64,000 nucleotides of DNA from a virus (lineage: Duplodnaviria > Heunggongvirae > Uroviricota > Caudoviricetes). This document shows, in pieces, positions 48,372 through 57,807 of the stretch. The stretch is taken from the IMG/VR virus record IMGVR_UViG_3300023174_000034; one strand, 5' to 3'. The notes beneath the pieces are model-generated. The model did no database searches. It was not told where the DNA came from and was given only the letters and a program-made list of their open reading frames with translations. Each line of letters begins with the position of its first letter. The stretch's first letter is position 1. The translations under genes were made by a program, and so were the position numbers.

Positions 48372-48878
48372 ATGTCAACACTACACCCAGTGGTATACAA
48401 ATACCAAAGCACCAAAGAGTATCATGACGCATTCCCATGCGCTTATCGTCAATGGAGAAGTGACAGTCATTGTAATCTAATACATGGCTACTCATTCTCA
48501 ATGAAGTTCTATTTTGGAACCAATGACCTAGACGTTCGCAACTGGGCCGCGGACTACGGTGGACTCAAAGAACTCAAGAAGATACTTGAAGATCAATTTG
48601 ATCATACTCTAATTGTAGCACAAGATGATCCAGAAATGGCCACATACAAGCTACTGCAAGAACGGAACATGGCCAAGGTTGTGGTTCTACCACGACTAGG
48701 TTGCGAAGGCCTAAGCGACATGCTGTACAAGTATGTGAATGGTGTGTACATTCCGGACATGTGGGGTCCAAGCGAAGCCGCCCGTTTATGGTGTTATCGT
48801 GTGGAAGTTCGAGAAACCCAAAGTAACATGGCTTTCCGTGAAGGTCATCGCGAATGGAATGAAAATCTACTTGACTAA
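48372..48878 (+). CDS. queD: 6-carboxytetrahydropterin synthase QueD (copy 1)
   Basis: SHCNLIHGY, DYGGLK, FDH, GCE, VRET. Confidence 0.88.
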   Translation: MSTLHPVVYKYQSTKEYHDAFPCAYRQWRSDSHCNLIHGYSFSMKFYFGTNDLDVRNWAADYGGLKELKKILEDQFDHTLIVAQDDPEMATYKLLQERNMAKVVVLPRLGCEGLSDMLYKYVNGVYIPDMWGPSEAARLWCYRVEVRETQSNMAFREGHREWNENLLD

Positions 48879-48930
48879 CATCTAGTGTTGTGTTACACTG
48901 TATTACTTTCAATCACTCTTGGAGTTTTCA

Positions 48931-49476
48931 ATGGCACGTAGATTTAGCACAAAAACTTATGGTAACGAACGTGGTCTAAGCTGTACCTTTCGACAACATG
49001 CCGCAACGCATAGTCATTGCAGTCTGTTACATGGATACAGTTTAGGTTTCAAATTTGTGTTCGAAGCAGAACAACTTGATGCACGTAACTGGGTACAAGA
49101 CTTTGGCGGCCTAGGTGAGCTCAAAGAGTTCCTTGAAAAAACATTTGATCATACCACTATTGTTGCAGAAGACGATCCACTAATCAAGCATTTCCAGAAG
49201 ATGGCTGGCTGGAGTGCAGTCAAAGACATGCATGGCAAGCCTGAAGAAGTTCAAGGCCACCCTGTAGGCAACAAGGGTGTGATCAAACTGATCACAATGC
49301 CTGCTGTGGGTTGCGAAGCGTTTGCTGAGTATGTGTGGCGCTGGACTGATCAATGGTTAAAAGAAGATCCAACCAACAAGTATCAAAACTTGTTGGGAGA
49401 TGACATGCAACGTGTCAAGATTCTAACAGTTGAAGTGTTTGAGCACGGTAGCAATTCAGCAATCTACGAAGGGTAA
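48931..49476 (+). CDS. queD: QueD (copy 2)
   Basis: SHCSLLHGY, DFGGL, FDH, GCE, VFEH; own TTGACT promoter at 48871. Confidence 0.88.
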   Translation: MARRFSTKTYGNERGLSCTFRQHAATHSHCSLLHGYSLGFKFVFEAEQLDARNWVQDFGGLGELKEFLEKTFDHTTIVAEDDPLIKHFQKMAGWSAVKDMHGKPEEVQGHPVGNKGVIKLITMPAVGCEAFAEYVWRWTDQWLKEDPTNKYQNLLGDDMQRVKILTVEVFEHGSNSAIYEG

Positions 49477-49477
49477 T

Positions 49478-49879
49478 ATGCAACAACAAATCTTTGAACA
49501 TCTCCCAGAAACGATTGAAGAAAGCGAAGCACCTTGGAATGACAGCGTAAGGCAGGATTTCCATGTTGCAGTATTTCGTGACAAGTACCCGTGTACACCA
49601 GGACATCTACTGTTTGTACCCAAGTACAATGCTGTGGGTGTGCTCAAGGATGCATTTGAGGATGCATTCAATTATGGAAAAGAGAAAGTAGATGATGGAG
49701 AATGGGACGGTTTCAACATTGGACTTAATTATGGCCAGGCTGCGGGACAGACTGTGTCTTGGCCTCATATACATCTTATTCCCCGTAAAACGGGCGACGT
49801 CGAGGATCCTGTGGGCGGTGTACGACACACGATTCCGGGCAAGGGTAATTATAGAAAGGCACCAGAGGGAACATGGTAA
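49478..49879 (+). CDS. HIT family hydrolase
   Basis: DKYP..PGH.L, FNIG.N.G..AGQTV..PHIHLIPR. Confidence 0.9.
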   Translation: MQQQIFEHLPETIEESEAPWNDSVRQDFHVAVFRDKYPCTPGHLLFVPKYNAVGVLKDAFEDAFNYGKEKVDDGEWDGFNIGLNYGQAAGQTVSWPHIHLIPRKTGDVEDPVGGVRHTIPGKGNYRKAPEGTW

Positions 49880-50739
49880 TAATAACAGGTGATCGCGGCC
49901 TGATTGGCAGCGAACTCAAGGCTCGGCTACTAGCACAAGGCATCCGAGTCCACTCACTAGACTGGAGTGATCGTGGTAAAACATACACCTTGGAAGAGCC
50001 GCTGGAGTGGATTTTCCACATGGGTGCTATCAGCGAAACTATTGCCAGTGACTGGCAAGAGTTGGTCAAGAAGAATATCGAAGACACGCAGAACTGGATT
50101 CAGTTTGCACAACAAAACAACTGCGGCATTACCTACGCAAGTTCAGCAAGCCTATACGGCACTTGGTCAAACAGTCCAGAATGGGGGCCGGTACAACCCA
50201 TGCACATGTATGGGGTGAGCAAGCTGGCAGTGGACAACTGGTGTGCCACACAACAATTCACAGTACCAGTACAAGGTGTGCGTTTCTTCAATGTGTACGG
50301 ACGCAACGAAGGGCACAAACAACAACCAAGTCCCATACGCCGTTACATTGAACAAGGTATTGTGCAACGCAAGCTAACAGTATTCCAGCATGAAGGTAGA
50401 CTAGGCTCACGTGACTTCATAAGTATAGATGACTGTATAAATGCCATGCTTCGTCTAAAGGACGCAGGTGTAAGCGGTGTATACAACGTTGGCACAGGTG
50501 TGCAACTGACATTCAAAGATATTGCAGAATCAATACAAAAACGATTTGGTGTTGAAAATGTACAGGTACTTGTTGTGCCCATGCCTGATCATATGGTCAA
50601 AACATATCAGTGGGAAAGTCAAGCAAACTTAAATAAACTCAAAGCCGCCATTGGCGAGTGGAATCCACTTTCGGTTGATGACTGGCTTGAAGAAAATTTT
50701 GAAACTCTATATAATAAGATACAGAAGGAAATATTATGA
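49873..50739 (+). CDS. ADP-L-glycero-D-manno-heptose 6-epimerase-like SDR
   Basis: TGDRGLIG, IFHMGAISET, YASSASLYG, YGVSK, RFFNVYG, RDFI. Confidence 0.8.
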   Translation: MVIITGDRGLIGSELKARLLAQGIRVHSLDWSDRGKTYTLEEPLEWIFHMGAISETIASDWQELVKKNIEDTQNWIQFAQQNNCGITYASSASLYGTWSNSPEWGPVQPMHMYGVSKLAVDNWCATQQFTVPVQGVRFFNVYGRNEGHKQQPSPIRRYIEQGIVQRKLTVFQHEGRLGSRDFISIDDCINAMLRLKDAGVSGVYNVGTGVQLTFKDIAESIQKRFGVENVQVLVVPMPDHMVKTYQWESQANLNKLKAAIGEWNPLSVDDWLEENFETLYNKIQKEIL

Positions 50740-51629
50740 AACTAAAAGTAAGTGAAATGTTCTACAGCCTACAAGGTGAAGGTCGCTTTGTAGGCGTGCC
50801 TAGCGTGTTCTTGCGTACATTTGGTTGTAACTTCAAATGCGAAGGGTTTGGCATGCCACGTGGTGAGGCCAGTCAAGAACGCAATCTAGTAGATGCTACC
50901 AAGTATGAAAAGTTTACAGACCTACCACTTGTACACACCGGTTGCGACAGCTATGCTTCATGGGATCCCAAGTTCAAAGATCTAAGTCCTGCAAAAGACA
51001 TCGACGCTATTGTTACTGAAATGCTGGCAATGACTCCGAATGGTCGTTGGCAACAATACAATGGTAACCCAGTACACTTGGTTATCACAGGTGGTGAGCC
51101 ACTGTTGGGTTGGCAAAAGGTGTATCCTGACTTGCTAGAACACCCAGCCATGATTGGGCTAGATAACATCACGTTTGAGACCAATGGCACCCAGCCGCTG
51201 ACGGATGAGTTCCAGGACTACATTGAACACTGGCATACACAATGGCGTGGTACCCATGAAGATGATCATCAAGAGTACATTGGTCGTTTCCGTGAAATGC
51301 AATTCTCTGTTAGTCCCAAGCTGAGTGCGTCGGGCGAAAAGTGGGAAGAAGCTATCTGTCCAGAGATCATTGCTGAGTATCAGCGTGTGGGAGTCACATA
51401 CTTGAAGTTTGTGGTTGAAAAGCCAGAAGACTTTGCAGAAATTAACCAAGCCGTGGGAGAATACCGCTTGGCAGGCTTCTTAGGGCAAGTGTATGTTATG
51501 CCAGTTGGTGGTACCACACAAGGTTACGATGCCAACAAACTTGCCATCGCCAATGAATGTTTGCGCCAAGGTTATGCCTATAGTCCACGTCTACATGTAG
51601 ACTTGTGGGGCAATGGCTGGGGCAAGTGA
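50736..51629 (+). CDS. queE: 7-carboxy-7-deazaguanine synthase QueE
   Basis: SEMFYSLQGEG...FLRTFGCNFKC, CDS, VITGGEP, ETNG, SPK, PRLH. Confidence 0.92.
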   Translation: MKLKVSEMFYSLQGEGRFVGVPSVFLRTFGCNFKCEGFGMPRGEASQERNLVDATKYEKFTDLPLVHTGCDSYASWDPKFKDLSPAKDIDAIVTEMLAMTPNGRWQQYNGNPVHLVITGGEPLLGWQKVYPDLLEHPAMIGLDNITFETNGTQPLTDEFQDYIEHWHTQWRGTHEDDHQEYIGRFREMQFSVSPKLSASGEKWEEAICPEIIAEYQRVGVTYLKFVVEKPEDFAEINQAVGEYRLAGFLGQVYVMPVGGTTQGYDANKLAIANECLRQGYAYSPRLHVDLWGNGWGK

Positions 51630-52051
51630 TGGCTACTAAAAAACCGCCAGCCAAGAAGGTTGTTGCCAAAAAAGTTGTAGCAAAGCCGGTGCCTGCTAAA
51701 AAAGTCGTAACTCCCAAAGCGGAACCTAAATTAAAAGTCAAAGCTACTGCACCAAAAGAGGCCGCTACCAAACGTGGAGAGCCTTATGTTGCTATCATTG
51801 GTATAGAGCTAGACGAGGACAATGTAGGCAATGGCGCATTTGAACTAGACTGGAATGATGCGTTCTTGGCCAAGTTGGTCAAGGCTGGTTACGAAGGCAA
51901 AACAGATGCAGACATTGTGGATCGGTGGTTCCAAACCATTTGCCGCAATGTTCTGCAAGAAAACTTTGAACAATGGGCGGCCAACCAAACCGAAAGTCCT
52001 AGAGTTATCAACCGCAAGGATATTGGAAACGGGCGCACAGAAGTATCGTAA
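51629..52051 (+). CDS. Hypothetical protein with Lys-rich N-terminus
   Basis: AKKVV repeats; FELDWN motif. Confidence 0.65.
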   Translation: MATKKPPAKKVVAKKVVAKPVPAKKVVTPKAEPKLKVKATAPKEAATKRGEPYVAIIGIELDEDNVGNGAFELDWNDAFLAKLVKAGYEGKTDADIVDRWFQTICRNVLQENFEQWAANQTESPRVINRKDIGNGRTEVS

Positions 52052-52102
52052 AACGGACTGATCCTGCTTGACACAGGGATAAATATATGCTATTATATCT
52101 CT

Positions 52103-53104
52103 ATGAACTATCTAATCGTCGATACCGCAAATACATTCTTTCGTGCCCGCCATGCCGCGCACAGAGCCGCAAGCCTTGATGAAAAAGTAGGCTTTGCTAT
52201 CCATGTGACCTTAGCCAGCATCAACAAAGCCTGGCGTGACCAAAAGGGTAGTCATGTGGTAATCTGTTTAGAGGGGCGTTCATGGCGCAAGGATTTCTAT
52301 GCTCCATACAAAGCAAACCGTGCGGTTGCCCGTGCGGCACTTACTGACGCACAACAAGAAGAAGACACAGCTTTTTGGGAAGCCTTTGACGACCTTAAAA
52401 CGTTCTTTAACGAGAAGTCCAATTGTACTGTGCTCCAGCACAAAGAGCTTGAAGCAGATGATTTGGTGGCAGGATGGATACAGAGTCACCCTCATGACCA
52501 CCACACAATCGTGAGCACAGACACAGACTTCCACCAGCTACTGGCACACAATGTGAATCAGTACAACGGTGTTGCAGATGAACTACACACACTGAAAGGT
52601 ATCTTTGACAAGAATGGCAAGCCTGTCAAAGACAACAAGACCAAGGAACCCAAGGTAATACCTGATCCCAAGTGGATCTTGTTTGAGAAGTGTATGCGTG
52701 GTGATCCCACTGACAACGTGTTTTCTGCTTATCCAGGTGTGCGTACCAAAGGGTCAAGCAAGAAAGTTGGCTTGCAAGAAGCATTTGCTGACAAGGATAA
52801 AAAAGGCTACTCGTGGAACAATCTCATGCTCCAACGGTGGACCGACCATAATGGAGAAGAGCATCGTGTATTGGATGATTATGAGCGTAACGTACAGTTG
52901 GTGGACCTTACAGCACAGCCTGATGACATTAAAGTCAAAATTGCTGAATGTATTGCTGACAATAGTATACCAAAAACAGTTGGACAAGTTGGCGTCAAAT
53001 TTATGAAGTTTTGTGGCAAGCACAACTTGGTCAAGATTGGCGAGCAGGCCACATCCTATGCTGATTGGTTGAGTGCCGAATATCCTGAGGCAGTTGCAGT
53101 ATGA
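52103..53104 (+). CDS. rnh: T4-type RNase H / 5'-3' exonuclease
   Basis: LIVD, SWRK...YKANR, EADD, STDTDF.QL, GD..DNV. Confidence 0.92.
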   Translation: MNYLIVDTANTFFRARHAAHRAASLDEKVGFAIHVTLASINKAWRDQKGSHVVICLEGRSWRKDFYAPYKANRAVARAALTDAQQEEDTAFWEAFDDLKTFFNEKSNCTVLQHKELEADDLVAGWIQSHPHDHHTIVSTDTDFHQLLAHNVNQYNGVADELHTLKGIFDKNGKPVKDNKTKEPKVIPDPKWILFEKCMRGDPTDNVFSAYPGVRTKGSSKKVGLQEAFADKDKKGYSWNNLMLQRWTDHNGEEHRVLDDYERNVQLVDLTAQPDDIKVKIAECIADNSIPKTVGQVGVKFMKFCGKHNLVKIGEQATSYADWLSAEYPEAVAV

Positions 53105-53277
53105 CACCATGTAAATATCAAGAGCTTGAATCAACACCCAAGGACCTTTATGAAGGTCGACGGGTAATTATACCCCATGACATTGATCATGCTCACCAAA
53201 TGTTGCACGTGGCCATGTGTTACATCAATCAAGACCAGCAAGATGTACTGGATGCTCTAAAGAAGGATTACGCATGA
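53101..53277 (+). CDS. Small hypothetical protein (58 aa, not in ORF track)
   Basis: ATGA overlaps at both ends. Confidence 0.55.
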   Translation: MTPCKYQELESTPKDLYEGRRVIIPHDIDHAHQMLHVAMCYINQDQQDVLDALKKDYA

Positions 53278-53462
53278 GTAAAATGAAAAACTCTAAATTT
53301 TTTGATATCGCACTAGCAGTGGGTGGATCACACTATCCTGATGTGAATAGCGAGCTGTTGGAAAAGTTTGCCACTGAACTGGTCAAACAATGTGCAGAAA
53401 TTGCACTGCGTGAAGACCACGACCCTAGTGAATGTATCCTTTCTCACTTTGGGATCAAATGA
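53274..53462 (+). CDS. Hypothetical protein
   Basis: LEKFA.ELVKQC...ILSHFG. Confidence 0.6.
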   Translation: MSKMKNSKFFDIALAVGGSHYPDVNSELLEKFATELVKQCAEIALREDHDPSECILSHFGIK

Positions 53463-54457
53463 GAAAAATAGCCATTGTTACCAATGCCGCTGTACATTGT
53501 GGAATACATCAGTACGGCCAAGCAGTGTATCGTGTGTTGTCTGGCTCAAACAAATACAAGTATGAGTTTGTGACCACTCCGCACGAATATGTTAACCCAT
53601 TTCTTCCTAGCGAAAAAGTCGAGTGGACTGCATGGCTAAACACAATTGACTGTGATGCTATCTTGTACAATCATTGTCCTGGTACCATGGGCTGGTTGGA
53701 TGATGAAATAGTTGGTGCTGTGAACAAGCCACAATGGTTGATAACCGGACACGACGAACTCAAAATACTCAAAAACATCCAGCATCATTTTGTGACAAAT
53801 CCCTTGTTTGAAAACACCAGCACACATTCAGCTTTACTGCGTCCGTTGTTGCTGGGCCAAACATTGGATCATGCTCCGCCTAGCAATGTGATCAAAGTAG
53901 GTACCTTTGGACTGGTATACAATTCAAAGAACTTGCCACTGTTGGTGAAATATGTCAATGACAGTTTTCCTCCAGATCAACTCATTGAGTTGAACATACA
54001 CGCAACTGTTGGTCGATATATCATTGATGGGCATCATCATTTGAACCGTGCTGTCATGACTTGTCGTGCATTTGCCAATCCCAATGTCACAGTCAATATC
54101 ACTACGGATTTTATTGAATCGTTGGATGAGGTTGTGGTCAAGTTGCACAACAACGATATCAACGTATTCCTTTACAATGACGAGCCCAACCGTTTTGCTG
54201 TGAGTAGTGCTCTGGACCTGGCACTGAGCGCACGTAAGCCTGTTGCTATCAGCAGATCCAGCATGTTTGCACATGCTAGACATGTGGAAGATATTGTTGT
54301 TGACCTAGATGAATTACAGCACTATACTGGTAAACGGTTCAATTGGTTACCGGATATACTCAAGCTAGGTATGGCTCCGTTGGAACAATTCTATGTAGAT
54401 TGGGCGCCAGATAAATTTTGTAAAGTAGTTGAGGAGAAATTTGATGAGTTTTGTTGA
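53459..54457 (+). CDS. Glycosyltransferase-like protein (GT-B)
   Basis: CGIHQYG, VGTFG...KN, SSALDLALSARKPVAIS. Confidence 0.6.
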   Translation: MRKIAIVTNAAVHCGIHQYGQAVYRVLSGSNKYKYEFVTTPHEYVNPFLPSEKVEWTAWLNTIDCDAILYNHCPGTMGWLDDEIVGAVNKPQWLITGHDELKILKNIQHHFVTNPLFENTSTHSALLRPLLLGQTLDHAPPSNVIKVGTFGLVYNSKNLPLLVKYVNDSFPPDQLIELNIHATVGRYIIDGHHHLNRAVMTCRAFANPNVTVNITTDFIESLDEVVVKLHNNDINVFLYNDEPNRFAVSSALDLALSARKPVAISRSSMFAHARHVEDIVVDLDELQHYTGKRFNWLPDILKLGMAPLEQFYVDWAPDKFCKVVEEKFDEFC

Positions 54458-54671
54458 GCACAAGAGCCTGGTCCGCAAGATCCGCGCAGGCGAACCTGAC
54501 TTTACCATTGTGGATGGCTTGACTGTGCATCCTCGTGCTTCATTGGAAGTCACACCAGGTGCGCCGTCTAATATTGCTAGCACACTGGACTGGGCCATTG
54601 CACAAGGTTATATTCGTTGTGTGGCACATGTCAAAGACTATGAACTAATGATGGACAAGTTAACAGCATGA
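54444..54671 (+). CDS. Hypothetical protein
   Basis: GAGGAG SD. Confidence 0.6.
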   Translation: MSFVEHKSLVRKIRAGEPDFTIVDGLTVHPRASLEVTPGAPSNIASTLDWAIAQGYIRCVAHVKDYELMMDKLTA

Positions 54672-55237
54672 AAGAACTAGCATCCAGCCCAGATCGTGGC
54701 ACCTTTCAAAGAGACGCTTATATCCAGCGAGCATTAGAAGCTGGTAAAAGCATGGACGATCCTGATGTGCAACGCATGGTCAAGTTCTACAACGACTGGG
54801 CAGAGAATGCCAAACAGCGTGAAGTAGACCCAGAATGGCAACAACAAAATCTAGAGTGGGACCTACGTACCACTCCATGGATAATTGAAAAGTGTGGTGC
54901 AGACTACTATGCACAAAATCTCTATGCTGCCATGTGTAACATACGCTGGCAGAAGCGCGAAGTAATTCCTATCCTCAAGGACGAACATTGGTCATGTTCA
55001 TGGCGTTCAGCAGGCGGAATCGTTGCAGATCTGCAAGGCAAGGGTGACTATATTGACTGGTACTGCTCTGGTATAGGCAACTACATGAGTGACGACGATA
55101 CTAGTGATGGCAGTGAAAATCTGCTTGCAAAAGGATTTGTACCGGAAGGCACGGTAACAGAAGAGATCGAGAACGACTTGTATGTGCTCGGTTGGGTACA
55201 CAGCGGGTGGCCAGACGATTGCAAGGATACTGTATGA
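54668..55237 (+). CDS. Hypothetical phage protein
   Basis: YAQNLYAAMCN, SCSWRSAGG, DYIDWYCSG. Confidence 0.65.
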   Translation: MKELASSPDRGTFQRDAYIQRALEAGKSMDDPDVQRMVKFYNDWAENAKQREVDPEWQQQNLEWDLRTTPWIIEKCGADYYAQNLYAAMCNIRWQKREVIPILKDEHWSCSWRSAGGIVADLQGKGDYIDWYCSGIGNYMSDDDTSDGSENLLAKGFVPEGTVTEEIENDLYVLGWVHSGWPDDCKDTV

Positions 55238-55458
55238 CTAAAGGTTTAGAAATTCCATTTGAGGTCGCTGACGGCATTGTACTTGCATCACTACAAGAAC
55301 ATCGTGCGTATCTGAAGAAAGAACTTAAATCATGGGAGAAAAATCCCAAGACTGATAACAATCCTGACGGTGTCTGGTTACATCCTGAAGATGTGGTCAA
55401 GAACACAGTGCTGATCAGAGCCATGACTGAGATTATAAAGTACTACGGTGCAGAATGA
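55234..55458 (+). CDS. Hypothetical protein
   Basis: WLHPEDV; overlapping junctions. Confidence 0.6.
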   Translation: MTKGLEIPFEVADGIVLASLQEHRAYLKKELKSWEKNPKTDNNPDGVWLHPEDVVKNTVLIRAMTEIIKYYGAE

Positions 55459-55478
55459 AAAACAAAAAGGAATCAAAT

Positions 55479-55946
55479 ATGACTGAACTCAAAGCAACAC
55501 CTGTTGTCAAGAATAAATTTTGGATTGTCGAACGTGATGGCGAAAAGGTTGCCACTATACAAACCACAGACGACGGAATTGTTTGGGTAGACGATGCACG
55601 TCGTGAAAAGTATCCAACTATCAAGATGCTCAAGGACCGACACAATGTTGACTTTGTCAAAGCAGCCAAGGCCAAACTATTGTCTGGGCATGAGGTAAGT
55701 GGATTTCCCACCAGTGGTAAGCCACACAATCCCTTGTATGATGTCAGCCGTCGACTGCCAATCTACACAAAAGATGAAAAGAGCAAGAGCTTTTACTGTG
55801 CTGGTTACTACCTGGTCAAGCTGGGCAACAACTGGAGCAAGGCCTACTGTCCTAAACTTATCACACTACAGCGTTATGAGTTCCGTGGTCCATTCAAGAC
55901 CACAGAGGACCAGCTGGTACAGCAAAAGGTTGCCAATGGACTATAA
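55479..55946 (+). CDS. Hypothetical phage protein
   Basis: KSKSFYCAGYY, CPKLITL.RY...GPF. Confidence 0.65.
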   Translation: MTELKATPVVKNKFWIVERDGEKVATIQTTDDGIVWVDDARREKYPTIKMLKDRHNVDFVKAAKAKLLSGHEVSGFPTSGKPHNPLYDVSRRLPIYTKDEKSKSFYCAGYYLVKLGNNWSKAYCPKLITLQRYEFRGPFKTTEDQLVQQKVANGL

Positions 55947-56157
55947 ACCAACATTGCACATCACTAGTTTTAGTGATCGTGTGCGTGGCCTTAACCAATT
56001 GAAGAGTCAAGAGCTACGACTGACAGCGCAGGACGCCAACAACCTACTGAGCGATATCACTACCATGCTGGCAGAAATTGCACGCCTTAGTATTGAATTG
56101 CATGATCAAAATAATCAATCTGTCCAAATTGAAGTAGATGGCGGTGGCTTTAAGTAA
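55936..56157 (+). CDS. Hypothetical protein
   Basis: Ends EVDGGGFK. Confidence 0.55.
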   Translation: MDYKPTLHITSFSDRVRGLNQLKSQELRLTAQDANNLLSDITTMLAEIARLSIELHDQNNQSVQIEVDGGGFK

Positions 56158-56203
56158 TATACCCAGATATTATTGATAAATATTATGTGAGGAAATATCA
56201 ACC

Positions 56204-56491
56204 ATGAGTAGACCAAAGCCAGTTGTGCTACTTGAACATGTCAACAAATCCACGTTCAAGAGCGATCAAGTTCTAAATTCAGAAGGCATCTGGGCGGTGT
56301 TCTACGACTCAAAGCCCATCAACCTTAAGAACCAATCTTTATTGGTTGCTTACCCAGGACCCAAATACAAAAAGGTCAGTTTTTCTAATCCAGGCCATGC
56401 TATCAACTTGGCCAAGAAACTAAACAGTCTTTTCAAGACTGACAAATTCTCAGTGGCAATCCTAAAACAAGGTGATCAGATCTACCCGTAA
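56204..56491 (+). CDS. Hypothetical phage protein
   Basis: TAAATA, GAGG; MSRPKP, GPKYKKVSFSNPGHA. Confidence 0.7.
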   Translation: MSRPKPVVLLEHVNKSTFKSDQVLNSEGIWAVFYDSKPINLKNQSLLVAYPGPKYKKVSFSNPGHAINLAKKLNSLFKTDKFSVAILKQGDQIYP

Positions 56492-56822
56492 ATCAGGACT
56501 ACAACGTGAATGGGAACAACGCCTGTTTCCAAATGAAACACACTCTCCTGATACCATATGGCGTAACATACTAAATCCTGATAGCCTACGACTCACTGTT
56601 GGCGCATACAATAAATTACGTGGAGTCAAGGGTACCACGTTCTACCAATTCAAATTAGATGAAATGACCAACTTACAATTATTACAGTTGGATCATTTGT
56701 TCAAGTCTCCTTACTTTGTTAAGAACCGTAAACAAATTCTCCTCATGGGAGAGCAGGACGCAATCATGCTACAACTAAATGGTAGCAATTTGAAACAATA
56801 CCTGGAACACCTGGATGACTGA
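56472..56822 (+). CDS. Hypothetical protein
   Basis: SLRLT..., LL.LD....PY. Confidence 0.55.
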   Translation: MIRSTRKSGLQREWEQRLFPNETHSPDTIWRNILNPDSLRLTVGAYNKLRGVKGTTFYQFKLDEMTNLQLLQLDHLFKSPYFVKNRKQILLMGEQDAIMLQLNGSNLKQYLEHLDD

Positions 56823-57105
56823 TAGATATACATTAGATGGGCGGGTGGCAGTACTGTGCCATCCTGACGGATGGTATACCAAACACGGCAATGAGTCCAT
56901 GGTATTCAGTCCACGACTGGTAGACCAAGTGCTGAAAGGCCAAAGTTCCGTCCCAGGACTGTGTGTAGAATGGGTCATGCCCGGAGATCTTTTCCGTCCA
57001 GAATTATTTCGTGGCAAAGAAGTTATCACAGTATTGATCCTAGGGTCTAGTCCTATTCAAGGATCCACAATGGTTGAACGACATGGTAATTGGTTGACAG
57101 CTTAA
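56815..57105 (+). CDS. Hypothetical protein
   Basis: DGRVAVL...GW. Confidence 0.55.
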   Translation: MTDRYTLDGRVAVLCHPDGWYTKHGNESMVFSPRLVDQVLKGQSSVPGLCVEWVMPGDLFRPELFRGKEVITVLILGSSPIQGSTMVERHGNWLTA

Positions 57106-57145
57106 ATCATTTCATGCTATAATTTCCTTAACTAGGAGAATTTAC

Positions 57146-57637
57146 ATGAAAATTGGTTTCAGCTTTGGTCGGTGTCTTGGTAGCATTGTGCGTGGCGAAG
57201 TGGCTCTAGAAGATGTGTTAGTTATCATTGCACGTACACGCATGGCAACAGAAGATCATGTGCGTGGCGTAATTTCAGAATACATGCATCGCCCAGGATA
57301 CCTGCAGGGACTAGATCAAGACGAATGCGAGCGTGTGGGCATTGACTTGTTCAATACAGGGCGCATCCTGGAACCACGTGCCAACAATGTAGGTGCTGGT
57401 ATGAGCGTTCCACGTGATTACATCTGGATGGATCTGTTTCCTACTGCACCACATGGTGTGCAGTCTGATTCTGTAAAACTAGCATGGGAACAATATCGAC
57501 TGTTGATCACACTGACTGAACAACTGCCCGAAGAAGGCTTTGTCCCTGAGCATGGAGTAAAAGCAGTTCCGCTCTCTCCCGAAGAACTTGAAGCACAGAA
57601 AAAAGCATTTGACATGCTGGGTGCATTCGTTATCTAG
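57146..57637 (+). CDS. Hypothetical protein
   Basis: Promoter TTGACA(57094)-18-TATAAT; AGGAG SD. Confidence 0.7.
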   Translation: MKIGFSFGRCLGSIVRGEVALEDVLVIIARTRMATEDHVRGVISEYMHRPGYLQGLDQDECERVGIDLFNTGRILEPRANNVGAGMSVPRDYIWMDLFPTAPHGVQSDSVKLAWEQYRLLITLTEQLPEEGFVPEHGVKAVPLSPEELEAQKKAFDMLGAFVI

Positions 57638-57645
57638 GAGTTGAC

Positions 57646-57807
57646 ATGAGCTTTAGATATTGGTTAAGACAAAAATGGTACGAGTACACAGCTGAATGCG
57701 AAGCATACGGACAGGCGCCTGTGCTGGATCCCAATCAATATTTTCAAATGTACAAGTACTGGCTCAAGCGTGAATACCGGCATTACCATGGCAAAACAAA
57801 AACATAA
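57646..57807 (+). CDS. Small aromatic-rich protein (53 aa, not in ORF track)
   Basis: AGGAG SD; MSFRYWLRQKWYE...YKYWLKREY. Confidence 0.65.
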   Translation: MSFRYWLRQKWYEYTAECEAYGQAPVLDPNQYFQMYKYWLKREYRHYHGKTKT

